Shown here in pieces: positions 53,759 to 64,000 of a DNA stretch of 64,000 nucleotides. How positions within the stretch are numbered: the first letter of the stretch is position 1; each line of letters starts with the position of its first letter. A program made the translations under genes and the position numbers. This DNA is from Candidatus Eiseniibacteriota bacterium (GTDB taxonomy: Bacteria; Eisenbacteria; RBG-16-71-46; CAVPCR01), in assembly GCA_963823555.1 (NCBI GenBank), contig CAWGMA010000001.1:1600001-1664000 (forward strand), given 5' to 3'. The notes below the pieces were generated by a model, which had not been told where the DNA came from, made no database searches, and saw only the letters and a program-made list of their open reading frames with translations.

Positions 53759-56305
53759 ATGGTGTTGCCACTGAATGACCAGAACGCCACCCAAGTGAGC
53801 CGCCACCAAGGCGAGCCCGGCAAGCCGGACCCGCCAGCCGTGGAAGAGATCCTCCGCGCGGCGCTGTCGGCCTACCTTCGTAACGCGCCGGAGACGATTG
53901 TCGAGCTGCGACGCGCGCATGCCGCGGCAGATCACACCGCCATCGCACAACGGGCGCACGCCCTCGCGTCGAGCAGCACGCTGGTTGGTGCCAGCGATCT
54001 CGCTGATCTCTGTTTCACCATCGAAAGGGAAGCCCGGAACCCGGACTCCCCGCTCTTGGCGCAGGCGATCGATGGAGTCCCCGCCACATTCCATCGACTG
54101 GCCGGGGTACTGGAAGCACGCCTCCTGGCGCCCGAGGGTGCCCATGAGCCCAGCGCCCACAGCGAGTCGCAGAAGATCCTCGTCGTTGCCGACGATCCGG
54201 CCACCCGCTCGCTCATCCAACAGCTGTTGACGGAACAAGGTTTCCTTTGCACAGCGGCGGAAGACGATGGGACAACACCCCTCACGTTAGCTGAAACCAT
54301 GGCGCCCGACCTGATCATCTTCGAAGAGAAGATGACTCTGGCCGACGGATACAGGACGTGTGCCGCCATCCACCACCTGCCGCGGCTCGCGCAAACGCCG
54401 GTTCTCCTGCTCACAGGGCACAACGGCCCGCAATCCATGCATCGGGCCGTCGAAGCCGGCATGACGGATTTCGCTACCAAGCCCATCAGTCCACCCATCC
54501 TGATCCACCGGACACGTTTCCTCCTGCGCACCAGTGAGACCCTCCAGAAGCTCCGGCAAAGCGAGATCCGATCTGCTGAAGCACAGCGCATGGCACGGCT
54601 CGGGCACTGGGAGATCGATCTCGCCACCAAGCGGTTCTCCGGGTCTGCCCAGGTCATGGCCATGCTTGGGCTTGACACCCGCAAGGCGGCTCACCTCGAC
54701 GACTATCTCGCGCTGGTGCACCCCGCCGACCGGGGCCAGCTAAGAACTGCGATCGACGACATGGTTCAAGGCGTCCACGTCGATTGCCGCCACCGCATCA
54801 TCGTCGCCGGCGGATCGCCGAGGCGCGTCCATGTTCGCGGCGAACTGGTCCGCGACGCGGAGAATGAACCTTCTGCCCTGCGCGGCACGATGCAAGTCCT
54901 CAGCCATGGGGCGCGTTCGCACCGGCGTGCTCGACATGCCACCCATGTCGATGCCATGACCGGGCTGCCTGGGCGCCTCATGTTCATCGATCGCCTGTCA
55001 GGTCTTCTGTCCCACGCTCAGCGTCATCGGCAGCAAGTGGCCATCATGCTCATCGACCTCGATGACCTCAGGCGGATCAATGACACGCTGGGACACGAGT
55101 GGGGAGACGCAGCGCTGATCGAAGTAGGGCGTCGCCTGCGCCAGAACCTGCGCGTCGAAGACGAACTCAGTCGTTGCGACGGCGACTGCGCTTCGAGCAT
55201 GGTTGCCCGCTCGGCCGACGACAAGTTTCTGATTGCGATCGGCGACCTCTCCTCCGGTGAGGACACTGCGGTGGTCGCGGCTCGGCTCCTGGAAGCTATC
55301 AGCGCTCCCATGCAGCATCGGGGCAGCGAGATCTTCGTCTCCGCCACCATTGGCATCAGCCTGTTCCCCGTCGACGGTTCAGCCCCCACCGAGCTCATCC
55401 AGCGCGCCGACATGGCCCTGCACCAAGCGAAGGAGGCAGGCCAAAATACCTTTGCGTTCTTCGACCGCTCGATGAACGAAGCCTCCATGGTTCGTCTGGT
55501 GCTCGAAACCGGACTCCGGCGCGCCATCGACACATACGAGATGAGTGCACACTATCAGCCGATCGTCGACGCCATGTCCGGTCGCATCGTCGGTGTCGAA
55601 GCGCTTACGCGCTGGCGGCATCCACAGCTCGGGCTCATCAGCCCGATGCAGTTCATTCCACTTGCCGAGCGCGTTGGGCTGATCGGCAAGATCACCACAC
55701 AGACAGTCCGTCAGGTTTGTGACGACATGCATCGCTGGGCAACCGCGGCTCTCCCGGGAGTGCATGCTGCAGTCAATATCTCGGCACAGCAGTTTCGCAA
55801 CCCACGGCTCGCCGACGAGCTCTACTGCCTAGTGCAGGAGGCGGGACACGTTCCTCAGGACTTCACGCTCGAGGTCACCGAGTCGGTCCTCATGGAAAAC
55901 CTCGAGGTTGGGGAGAAGACCCTGACCGATCTGAAGTCCCACGGGTTTCATCTGGCGATCGACGACTTCGGAACCGGGTACTCCTCGCTCACCTATCTCA
56001 AGAGATTCCCGATCGATATCATCAAGATCGACCGCACATTCATCCACGGAATCGATACCAACGATCGCCACGCAACCCTCGCCGCCGCCATCGTGGCACT
56101 GGCTCATGGACTGGGCGTCGACCCGGTGGCGGAGGGTGTCGAGAAGATCGAACAGCGCGATGTGCTCGTGGCGTGCGGCTGCACTCTGATGCAGGGGTTC
56201 CTCTTTGCCACGCCCATGCCGGGCGAGGAGCTGGCCGCCCTCCTGGCGCGGGACGGCGGCCGGATCGAAGTGGAGGCCGTTCGCGACCGGGCTCGTGCTG
56301 CCTAG
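53759..56305 (+). CDS. Hpt-REC-PAS-GGDEF(degenerate)-EAL c-di-GMP phosphodiesterase
   Basis: AHALASSS; ILVVADD..PDLIIFE; PAS LVHPAD; RSADDKF; VEALTRW, DDFGTGYSSL, AEGVE, QGFLF. Confidence 0.88.
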   Translation: MVLPLNDQNATQVSRHQGEPGKPDPPAVEEILRAALSAYLRNAPETIVELRRAHAAADHTAIAQRAHALASSSTLVGASDLADLCFTIEREARNPDSPLLAQAIDGVPATFHRLAGVLEARLLAPEGAHEPSAHSESQKILVVADDPATRSLIQQLLTEQGFLCTAAEDDGTTPLTLAETMAPDLIIFEEKMTLADGYRTCAAIHHLPRLAQTPVLLLTGHNGPQSMHRAVEAGMTDFATKPISPPILIHRTRFLLRTSETLQKLRQSEIRSAEAQRMARLGHWEIDLATKRFSGSAQVMAMLGLDTRKAAHLDDYLALVHPADRGQLRTAIDDMVQGVHVDCRHRIIVAGGSPRRVHVRGELVRDAENEPSALRGTMQVLSHGARSHRRARHATHVDAMTGLPGRLMFIDRLSGLLSHAQRHRQQVAIMLIDLDDLRRINDTLGHEWGDAALIEVGRRLRQNLRVEDELSRCDGDCASSMVARSADDKFLIAIGDLSSGEDTAVVAARLLEAISAPMQHRGSEIFVSATIGISLFPVDGSAPTELIQRADMALHQAKEAGQNTFAFFDRSMNEASMVRLVLETGLRRAIDTYEMSAHYQPIVDAMSGRIVGVEALTRWRHPQLGLISPMQFIPLAERVGLIGKITTQTVRQVCDDMHRWATAALPGVHAAVNISAQQFRNPRLADELYCLVQEAGHVPQDFTLEVTESVLMENLEVGEKTLTDLKSHGFHLAIDDFGTGYSSLTYLKRFPIDIIKIDRTFIHGIDTNDRHATLAAAIVALAHGLGVDPVAEGVEKIEQRDVLVACGCTLMQGFLFATPMPGEELAALLARDGGRIEVEAVRDRARAA

Positions 56306-56405
56306 TGGGCCACGGACCACGATCCCCGAGCCGCTGGCGAGAACGCCAGCCCTGGAGCTGACTCCGTGGCGTCCCGGCGGTGCTCCCCCGTGCTAGGGTT
56401 CCGCC

Positions 56406-57434
56406 ATGGAGTCCCGGGACCAGGCGGCAGTGCCCCCAAGCGGCAAGGAAGCGCGCATCGAGGCTCTTCGCGCGGAAGCGGAGTCCCGATCACGGGCCAC
56501 CGCAACGCCCGTCGCACCCACCGAGCTCCCTGCGCCCGGCAGCGAGCACGGCTACTACGGCCAGCCCATCCTCAAGGAGCCGGTCTGGACCTGGGAGATC
56601 CCGCTCTACTTCTTCCTCGGCGGCACTGCCGGTGCGGCCGCGGCCATCGCGGCCATCGCCCGCATCGCCGGCGCCGACCCGGCGCTCGAGCGCACCGCCC
56701 TTCTCGTCGCCGCCCTCTTCGCGCTCGCCTCGCCGCCGCTCCTCGTCTCGGATCTCGGCCGCCCCCGCCGCTTCCTCGCCATGCTCCGCGTCTGGAAGCT
56801 CCGCTCGCCGATGTCGGTCGGGGCGTGGACGCTCGCTCTCTTCACCCCGGCCGTCGGCCTGGCGCTCGCAGCGCGCTGGTTCGCCACGTCGCCCCTCCTG
56901 TCTGCAGCGGGCACCATCGCTGAGATCGCAGCCGCCCTCCTCGGCCTCGTGCTCCTCACCTACACCGGGGTCCTCCTCGCGGCGACCGCGATCCCGGTGT
57001 GGACCGCGCATCGCACCCTCCTCCCACCGCACTTCACCGCCTCTGCCCTCGGCTCCGCGGCAGCCGTGCTCGAGCTGTGCGGTTTTCTCGTCCCCGCGAC
57101 CCAGGCCATGGGCATCGCGGCCACGGCCTTCGAGACCGGGATCGGCATGGTCATCGAGGGCCGGCGGCGACGCATCGATGAGCCGGTCCGGCATGGCGCG
57201 ACGGGAAGGACGATCCGGATCGGTGGCGTGCTCTCGGGACCCGTGAGCCTTGCTCTCCGCCTCGCCGGCGAGAGGTGGCCCCCGGCGCGTCTCGCCGCGG
57301 CCGTGTGCTTCATCGCGGGAGCGATCGTGACCCGCTATGCCTGGGTGTCAGCGGGGCGGGCCTCGGCGCGCGATGTGGGCGCGCTCTTCGCCATGCAGCG
57401 CGGGGGGACCCGAGATCTCAGCGCACGATCTTGA
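56406..57434 (+). CDS. NrfD/PsrC-family membrane subunit
   Basis: YYGQPILKEPVWTWEIPLYFFLGG, LVSDLGRPRRF..MLR, SPMSVGAW, YTGVLL..TAIPVW. Confidence 0.9.
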   Translation: MESRDQAAVPPSGKEARIEALRAEAESRSRATATPVAPTELPAPGSEHGYYGQPILKEPVWTWEIPLYFFLGGTAGAAAAIAAIARIAGADPALERTALLVAALFALASPPLLVSDLGRPRRFLAMLRVWKLRSPMSVGAWTLALFTPAVGLALAARWFATSPLLSAAGTIAEIAAALLGLVLLTYTGVLLAATAIPVWTAHRTLLPPHFTASALGSAAAVLELCGFLVPATQAMGIAATAFETGIGMVIEGRRRRIDEPVRHGATGRTIRIGGVLSGPVSLALRLAGERWPPARLAAAVCFIAGAIVTRYAWVSAGRASARDVGALFAMQRGGTRDLSARS

Positions 57435-58494
57435 AGATCCGGTACGGGGTCGTGAGGCTCGGGCCCAGGTGGATCTGCGAGCTCGTCACGTAGACCGTCC
57501 CATCCGCGCCCAGGGCGAAGCTATCGGGCCAGGCGAGGTCCGGGCTCTGGACCAGCATCTCGACTTCCATCTCCGCCCCCACGCGCACCGTCTTGATCGC
57601 GGACTCCTCGAGCGCGGAGAGATAGAGGAGCCCATCCCGACCGAAGATGATGCCATCGGACACTCCGGTCGTCCCCACACGCTCCACCTTCTCTCCTAGC
57701 TCCGCCTCGGCGAGCGATGCGTCCCTGAGCCAGCGAGTGGCCACACGGTAGAGCGTGTGTCCGGTGAGAGCCTGGTAGTAGACGAACTCGCCCGTGTCAT
57801 CGAGGGCGATGCCGTCACAGTGCACCTCGGGCTTGACGCCTCCGGGCATCCACGGTGTGCCGCCGATCGTGAGCCCCACACCCTCCGACTTGGTGGAGGG
57901 ATGATCCGCGAGGCGGCGCGCGACCGTGCCCTGTGCGAGATCGACGACGAGGATCGCGCCGAGCCCGGATTCGCTCACGTAGGCGACATCCGCGCGGGTG
58001 TCGATCCGCACGTCGTTCAAGTAGCTCTCGGCGGGGGCTACCTCAAAGCTGAACTCGATCCGGCGGGTCACCTCGTTCGTCTCGAGATCGAAGCGGAGGA
58101 GCTTGGCCGCCCCCGGCACCACGCCCTGCCCGAGCGGGTTCCCGGCATCCACGATCCAGAGCGAGCCCTTCTCGTCGCAGACGACGCTCTGCACGCACAC
58201 GAAGCGCTCGGCGGGCGAGAGGTCCGGATCCCAGCGGTTCCACTCGTCGTCGGGGAACGGCACGATCTCCCCGCTCGCCAGGACCTCCGCCACCGAGATC
58301 GGCACGTCCGCGCTCCAGCGCGGGAAGTTGACGAAGATGCGGCCGGCGGGACTCACGGCGACCCCGGTCCACAGGCGATCGGAAGCGGCCACAACCTCGA
58401 GCCGGGCCGGCGCCGGGTCCTGGCGCTCGCCACGGCCGCACCCGAGGACCAAGAGGGAAACGATCGCCGCCAGCACAACGAGACGCCTGTCCAT
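57418..58494 (-). CDS. Major royal jelly / L-dopachrome tautomerase-related lipoprotein
   Basis: VLGC lipobox; TGVAVS..GRIFVNFPRW, CVQSV, YLNDVRID, DGIAL, WPDSF. Confidence 0.85.
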   Translation of the reverse strand: MDRRLVVLAAIVSLLVLGCGRGERQDPAPARLEVVAASDRLWTGVAVSPAGRIFVNFPRWSADVPISVAEVLASGEIVPFPDDEWNRWDPDLSPAERFVCVQSVVCDEKGSLWIVDAGNPLGQGVVPGAAKLLRFDLETNEVTRRIEFSFEVAPAESYLNDVRIDTRADVAYVSESGLGAILVVDLAQGTVARRLADHPSTKSEGVGLTIGGTPWMPGGVKPEVHCDGIALDDTGEFVYYQALTGHTLYRVATRWLRDASLAEAELGEKVERVGTTGVSDGIIFGRDGLLYLSALEESAIKTVRVGAEMEVEMLVQSPDLAWPDSFALGADGTVYVTSSQIHLGPSLTTPYRIFKIVR

Positions 58495-58516
58495 CGCCCG
58501 CCCTCCCCTCCGGGAG

Positions 58517-59165
58517 CTACACCGGCATCGTCTTCACGTCCCCGATGATGAGCGCCGCCGCGGTGGCGGCCTTCACCTGGTCGACCGTGACTCCCGGCGC
58601 GATCTCCACGAGCTCGAGCCCCTCGGGCGTGACATCGATCACCGCGAGCTCGGTGATGATGCGGTCGACGACCCCCTTCCCCGTGAGCGGCAGGGTGCAG
58701 GACTTGAGGATCTTCGACGCCCCGCTCTTGTCGGTGTGGGTCATGGTCACCACGATCCGCTTGGCTCCGGCGACCAGATCCATGGCCCCGCCCATGCCCT
58801 TGACCATCTTGCCCGGGATCATCCAGTTGGCGATGTCACCCTCGCTGGTCCACCTCGAGCGCGCCGAGGATGGCGAGATCGATGTGTCCGCCGCGGATCA
58901 TGGCGAAGGACTCCGGCGCTCGAGAAGTAGGAAGCGCCCGGCATCGCCGTCACCGTCTGCTTGCCGGCGTTGATGAGATCGGCGTCCTCCTCGCCCTTCG
59001 TAGGGAAAGGGACCGATCCCGAGCAGCCCGTTCTCCGAGTGGAAGACGACGCTCACGCCCGCGGGGATGTAGTTGGCGACCAGGGTCGGCATGCCGATGC
59101 CGAGGTTGACGTAGAACCCGTCCTTGCAGCTCGAGGCCGCTCTGCTGCGACGATTCGTTCTTTGC
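58517..59165 (-). CDS. scoB: 3-oxoacid CoA-transferase subunit B (frameshifted in this sequence)
   Basis: [45 protein letters not shown] spread across frames. Confidence 0.85.
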
Positions 59166-59849
59166 TCGATGCGCTTTTCATAGTCGACCTCTCCTCGCAC
59201 GATGCACGTTCACGAAGATGCCGGGTGTGACGATGGCCTCGGGATCGAGTCGACCCCACGCTCGACGATCTCTTCGACCTCGGCGATCGTCGTCTCGCCC
59301 GGCGGTCGCCATCATCGGGTTGAAGTTGCGCGCCGTCTCGGCGGTAGACCAGGTTGCCGGCACGATCGGCCTTGTACGCCTTGACGAAGGCGAAATCGGC
59401 CGCGAGGCCGCGCTCGAGGACGTACTCGCGCCCGTCGAACACGCGTACCTCCTTGCCCTCGGCGACCGACGGTGCCGACGCCGGTCGGGGTGAAGAAGGC
59501 CGGGATCCCGGCGCCCGCGGCGCGGATGCGCTCGGCGAACGTCCCCTGGGGCACGAGCTCGACCTCGAGCTCGCCGTTGAGGATACATGCCCTCGAAGAA
59601 GCGGGTTCTCACCGACGTAGGTTCGCCACCATCTGCGCGACCTGGCGCCTGCCGAGGAGGAGCCCGATGCCGAAGTCGGCCACGCCGGCGTTGTTGCTCG
59701 ACCACGGTGAGATTGCCGGTGCCGCGCTGCGCCAGAGCGCTTGATCAGGTTCTCCGGGATGCCGCACAGGCCGAAGCCGCCCATGAGGACGCTGGCGCCC
59801 TCCGGCACCAGGGCCGCAGCGTCGTCGGCGGACAGGATCCGTGGGGCAT
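59150..59849 (-). CDS. scoA: 3-oxoacid CoA-transferase subunit A (frameshifted in this sequence)
   Basis: [62 protein letters not shown] across frames. Confidence 0.85.
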
Positions 59850-59860
59850 GGGGGTCTCCC

Positions 59861-60277
59861 TCAGGCACGGCGCGCGCGCCGGGCGCGCACCTCGTTCCGG
59901 ATGTACTCGACCGCTTCCTGGGTGGAGGCTCCGGGACCGAACAGGCGTCCGACACCGATCTTCTGCAGCTGCCTCCTGTCCTCTTGCTGATGATGCCGCC
60001 TCCGGTGACCAGGACGTCCGAGGCTCCCTGGTCGCGCAGCAGCTCGACCACCCGCGGAAACAGCGTCATGTGGGCTCCGGACAAGATCGACAGCGCGACG
60101 ACGTCGACATCCTCCTGGACGCGCCGCGTTGACGATCATCTCCGGCGTCTGGTGCAGCCCGGTGTAGATCACCTCCATGCCGGCATCCCGGAACGCGGTG
60201 GCCACCACCCTGGCACCGCGATCGTGCCCGTCGAGCCCGGGCTTCGCCACCAGCACGCGAATCTTACGCCCGGCCAT
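59861..60277 (-). CDS. Cobalamin-binding subunit of methylmalonyl-CoA mutase (two compensating frameshifts)
   Basis: [20 protein letters not shown] (alternate frame), GGGII, LFGPG. Confidence 0.85.
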   Translation of the reverse strand: MAGRKIRVLVAKPGLDGHDRGARVVATAFRDAGMEVIYTGLHQTPEMIVNAARPGGCRRRRAVDLVRSPHDAVSAGGRAAARPGSLGRPGHRRRHHQQEDRRQLQKIGVGRLFGPGASTQEAVEYIRNEVRARRARRA

Positions 60278-61262
60278 GAGGTCCTCCCCCACCTGTCCTC
60301 GCTCCCGACCGGGCGGCGGACTCAAGAAAGGCCGCCATCAGCTCGGCGGCGGCCCGCTCAGGCGACGTCCTACCGTCGACGACGGCGGCAGTCGCCTCTT
60401 CGATCCGGTCGTCGAGGCGCTCCTCGATCCCGGTCGTGACCGTATCCGCAATGAGGCTCAGGAGACGGGCGCGGATGGCTCGCCTCCGGCGCTCGCCAGC
60501 GCGCTCACTCGCCGCGGCCGCCCGCTCCTCGAGCGCCGGCATGAGTTCGTCGACGCCGCGCCCCGTCGTCGCCTCGACGAGGAGCACGGGAACGCGAGCC
60601 GCCTCATCGCCCCGAAGGGCCAGCGCATCGCGCAGGTTCTCGGCCATCGCCTCGGCGCCCGGACGATCCGCCTTGTTGACCACCATGAGGTCGCCGATCT
60701 CGGTGATGCCGGCCTTGAGGCTCTGCACCTCGTCCCCGGCCTCCGGGACGAGCACGACCACGACCGCGTGCGCGGCTCCTGCGATCTCGAGCTCGGTCTG
60801 TCCGACACCCACCGATTCGATGAGCAGTCGCTCGTACCCGGCGAGCTCGAGGAGATCGGCGGCGTCGATCACCGTCGAGGCGAGACCGCCGTGATGACCG
60901 CGCGTCGCCATCGAGCGCACGAACACGCCCGGATCTCCACCCAGGGGCGCCATCCGGATCCGATCGCCGAGAAGCGCCCCGCCGGTGAAGGGGCTCGTCG
61001 GATCCACGGCGAGGACACCCACCCGGCGCTCGCGAGCACGATAGCGGCGCGCAACCTGGGTGATGAGGGTGCTCTTCCCGGCCCCCGGAGGACCGGTAAA
61101 GCCGATGCGACGCGCCGCGCCCGCCTCCTTTCGCGCCAGGTCGAGAAGGGGATCCGCTGCCGTGGCCAGACGGTTCTCGATCCGGGACAGGGCCTGCGCC
61201 AGTGCGCGGCGATCACCCTGGCGGATGCGCGTCGCCAGCTCGGCGGTCGCCGCAGAGCTCAC
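60264..61262 (-). CDS. meaB: Methylmalonyl-CoA mutase-associated GTPase
   Basis: [41 protein letters not shown]; start uncertain. Confidence 0.92.
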   Translation of the reverse strand: MSSAATAELATRIRQGDRRALAQALSRIENRLATAADPLLDLARKEAGAARRIGFTGPPGAGKSTLITQVARRYRARERRVGVLAVDPTSPFTGGALLGDRIRMAPLGGDPGVFVRSMATRGHHGGLASTVIDAADLLELAGYERLLIESVGVGQTELEIAGAAHAVVVVLVPEAGDEVQSLKAGITEIGDLMVVNKADRPGAEAMAENLRDALALRGDEAARVPVLLVEATTGRGVDELMPALEERAAAASERAGERRRRAIRARLLSLIADTVTTGIEERLDDRIEEATAAVVDGRTSPERAAAELMAAFLESAARSGARTGGGGPHGRA

Positions 61263-61419
61263 CGCGCACACTCGGGCCGCGGGCACGATCGGGCTCGGAC
61301 AGGAAATCCTTCGACAAGGGCCATCCTCGCTGGGAGTCCGGGGAACACGGGGCTCACAGCATAGCGGGCCGGGGCCGGGCCCCGCAAGCACGGCCCGCCG
61401 GCCGTCACTGGCCCCCCAT

Positions 61420-62397
61420 CTACCAGAGCACGGACAACGCGGCCGCAACGCTGTTCGAATCGAACCCGGTGGGCGCCCGCGAGTCGTTCCCGATGGTGGC
61501 GATCTTCAACCCCAGGGCTCGAGTGAGTGGGTAGCCCACACTCACCGCCCAGGCCAGGTTCTTTCTCGTGTCGTTCTTGTCGACACCGTTGATCGTCGAG
61601 GCACCTCCGGTCCCGTAGGCGGCGCTCCCGCTGACCCACACACCCGGTCGAAAGGTGTAGATCCCATGCCCCTGGATGATGAAGAGAGGGTCTTGCTCCC
61701 GCTTGTTGCCGTTCCAGAACGCATGGTTGTCGGTGAAGAGCCATAGCGAGCCGGTGACCTCCGCCGACCATTTTCGATGATTGTGCACCATCCCGAGAGC
61801 GGGCCGGAACGTGAAGCGGTTTTCTCCGAGGTTGAGCAGCTTGTCCTCGTAGTACTGGCCCAGCGGAAGCTTGGCCGCCATCGCCACCCCGAGGATGGTC
61901 TCGACCGGATGCGATGCTCTGTAACGCGCGAACTCCGCCCCCTCCAGCGGCGGCCCGCCGAGCAGGTTGAGGGCGAACCGCAGCAGGGGGTCGGCGAATC
62001 CGCCTCGTGTCGCGGCTGCTTGCTCGCCACGAAGGAGGCCTTCCCAGCGCGCGTCCTCATGCATGAGCTCCAGTTCAACCCGTGCCGATCGGTCGACAAG
62101 GGCGAACGACCGCACGTATCTCGCGGCCACGGCATGATGGTCGAGAACGACATCCTCCGTCTCAAGCACCGGATCAAAGTAGATGTCCGCCCTGGTGAAG
62201 GCATAGCCCAGGCCGGCGAAGTTCATGTTGATCGGGAGGTGGGTCCAGCGCCGGGGTTCGATCTCCTGCGCTCCAGCGGGCGACAGCCAGAGGAGGAGCC
62301 AGAGGACAAGGCCAGGCGGCAGCAGAACCGCCATCGTCCCATGCTGAAGGGAATGCATCATGAGAAGCGAATCCAAGGGCTCGTAAACACCCGGCAA
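61420..62397 (-). CDS. Putative outer-membrane transporter (MetA-pathway beta-barrel-like)
   Basis: Signal peptide then QEIEPRRW; PLGQY..KLLNLGENRF; terminal W; true start probably near 62334. Confidence 0.7.
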   Translation of the reverse strand: MPGVYEPLDSLLMMHSLQHGTMAVLLPPGLVLWLLLWLSPAGAQEIEPRRWTHLPINMNFAGLGYAFTRADIYFDPVLETEDVVLDHHAVAARYVRSFALVDRSARVELELMHEDARWEGLLRGEQAAATRGGFADPLLRFALNLLGGPPLEGAEFARYRASHPVETILGVAMAAKLPLGQYYEDKLLNLGENRFTFRPALGMVHNHRKWSAEVTGSLWLFTDNHAFWNGNKREQDPLFIIQGHGIYTFRPGVWVSGSAAYGTGGASTINGVDKNDTRKNLAWAVSVGYPLTRALGLKIATIGNDSRAPTGFDSNSVAAALSVLW

Positions 62398-62524
62398 CCC
62401 ACCGCTCGCCGGCGGATGGATCTTGCATCGGCCACCACCATTCCGTACTGTGCACGTTCATCAAGACACATGTAACCCCGTTGCGGCAAGATATTTCGTC
62501 CATGCCGACCAGGGAGGAACCACG

Positions 62525-64000
62525 ATGCGGTTCAGGATACTAGGGTGGATCATCGTGTTCGCCGCTGTTCTCAACGTAGCTGCAACAACGTCCCCTCTTC
62601 ATGCTCAGGGCACCGACGCCTACATGGAGAAGGAGGACATGAAGCCGGCGAAGAAGGAGTTCTCACCCTACGCCAACCGCGATCGCTATCCCACCCACGT
62701 CTACTTCGGCGACACGCACCTCCACACCGCGCTCTCGATGGACGCCGGGACGTTCGGCAACCGCCTCGGGCTCGACGAAGCCTACCGGTTCACCCGCGGT
62801 GAGGTGGTGACCTCCTCCTCCGGCTACAAGGCCCGGCTGGGGCGGCCGCTCGACTTCGTGGTCATCGCCGACCACTCGGACGGCATGGGCTTCTTCTCGA
62901 TGTTCGCCGAGGGCGATCCCGCGATCATGGACAAGGAAGAGGGCCGGCGCTGGAACAAGGCGATCAACGAGGGCGGGCAGGCCGTCGGTCGACGCGGCCC
63001 TCGAGATCATCACCCTCTTCTCGCAGGGCAAGTTCCCCTGGGCGACCAACGACCCCGAGCTGATCGAAGCCGGTGTGGGCACGGCACCATCGAGGCCGCG
63101 GAGAAGTACAACGAGCCCGGAAAGTTCACCGCCTTCATCGGCTACGAGTGGACCTCGCTCGTCAAGGGCAACAACCTGCACCGGGTCGTCGTCTACCGCG
63201 ACGGCGCGGACAAGGCGAGCCGGACCCTGCCCTTCACGCTCGCCGACAGCGCCGATCCCGAGGAGCTGTGGAAGGCGCTCGCGGCGCTACGAGGAGACGA
63301 CCGGCGGCCAGGTCCTGGCCATCCCGCACAACGGCAATCTCTCGCAACGGTCTCATGTTCGACACGGTGACGCTGTCGGGAGCCCCGATCACCGACGGAC
63401 TACGCCGAGCGCCGCCAGCGCTGGGAACCGCTCTACGAGTCCACCCAGATCAAGGGCGACGGCGAGGCCCATCCGCTGCTCTCGCCGGACGACGAGTTCG
63501 CCGACTACGAGACCTGGGATCTCGGCAACCTCGACATGAGCCAGGCCAAGACGCCGGAGATGCTGCCCGGCGAGTACGCCCGTTCCGGCCTCAAGCGCGG
63601 TCTCGAGCTCGAGCAGAAGCTCGGCGTGAATCCGTACAAGTTCGGCCAGATCGGCAGCACCGACTCGCACACCTCGCTCCCCGCGGTCGAGGAGGACAAC
63701 TTCTTCGGCAAGCACTCCGGTGTCGAGCCGAGTCCCGAGCGCGCCAACCACGTCACTCTCGGCGGCGAGAACGGCAAGATCATGGGCTATCAGATGGCCT
63801 CGTCGGGATACGCCGCGGTCTGGGCCACGGAGAACACGCGCGAGGCGCATCTGGGACGCGATGAAGCGGCGGGAGACCTACGCCACCACGGGCTCGCGGA
63901 TGCTGGTCCGCTTCTTCGGCGGCTGGGAGTTCACGGCCGAGGACGCCATGACCCGCCTCCCGGCCGAGGCCGGCTACACGAAGGGCGTCCCGATGGGAGG
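62525..64000 (+). CDS. DUF3604 domain protein (secreted, PHP-like), frameshifted here, running off the window end
   Basis: [57 protein letters not shown]. Confidence 0.88.

Noticed and set aside
59861..60277. Programmed frameshifting in the B12-binding subunit or scoAB
   Set aside because: No slippery sites, and indels are scattered over several genes, which fits sequencing error.

Overview
GC-rich bacterial genomic window. The FlgD-Ig C-terminal domains and recurrent C-terminal 'TWGxIK' tails suggest an FCB-related candidate lineage such as Ca. Eisenbacteria, Krumholzibacteria or Latescibacteria (inference). The core region (1-41.4 kb, 56.4-64 kb) encodes DUF72, a LarA-like racemase, ElbB, modABC, two GT4 glycosyltransferases, acyl-CoA metabolism (two thiolases, enoyl-CoA hydratase, hbd, acyl-CoA dehydrogenase, propionyl-CoA carboxylase, split methylmalonyl-CoA mutase, mce, meaB, scoAB), a DUF692/MNIO enzyme with a partner, a TMTC-like glycosyltransferase, a ClpX-like ATPase and a pseudokinase-AAA-TPR protein. 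The ORF track splits two selenoproteins at in-frame UGA codons, each followed by a SECIS-like hairpin: a formate dehydrogenase alpha subunit and an exported TPR + TlpA-like redoxin with a UGPC motif. A ~15 kb accessory island (41.4-56.4 kb) lies between the FDH Fe-S subunit and an NrfD-type membrane subunit. It contains secreted-protein genes interleaved with repeated scars of one tyrosine recombinase family, a 41-bp direct repeat tied to a serine-recombinase tail, IS3/IS2 remnants, an HNH gene and a tandem lipoprotein family. Seven copies of a [TS]WGx[IMF]K motif in five exported proteins suggest an uncharacterised sorting or surface-anchoring signal. Beyond ~58.8 kb the sequence has many indels, probably sequencing errors. 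No rRNA, tRNA or CRISPR array was seen.
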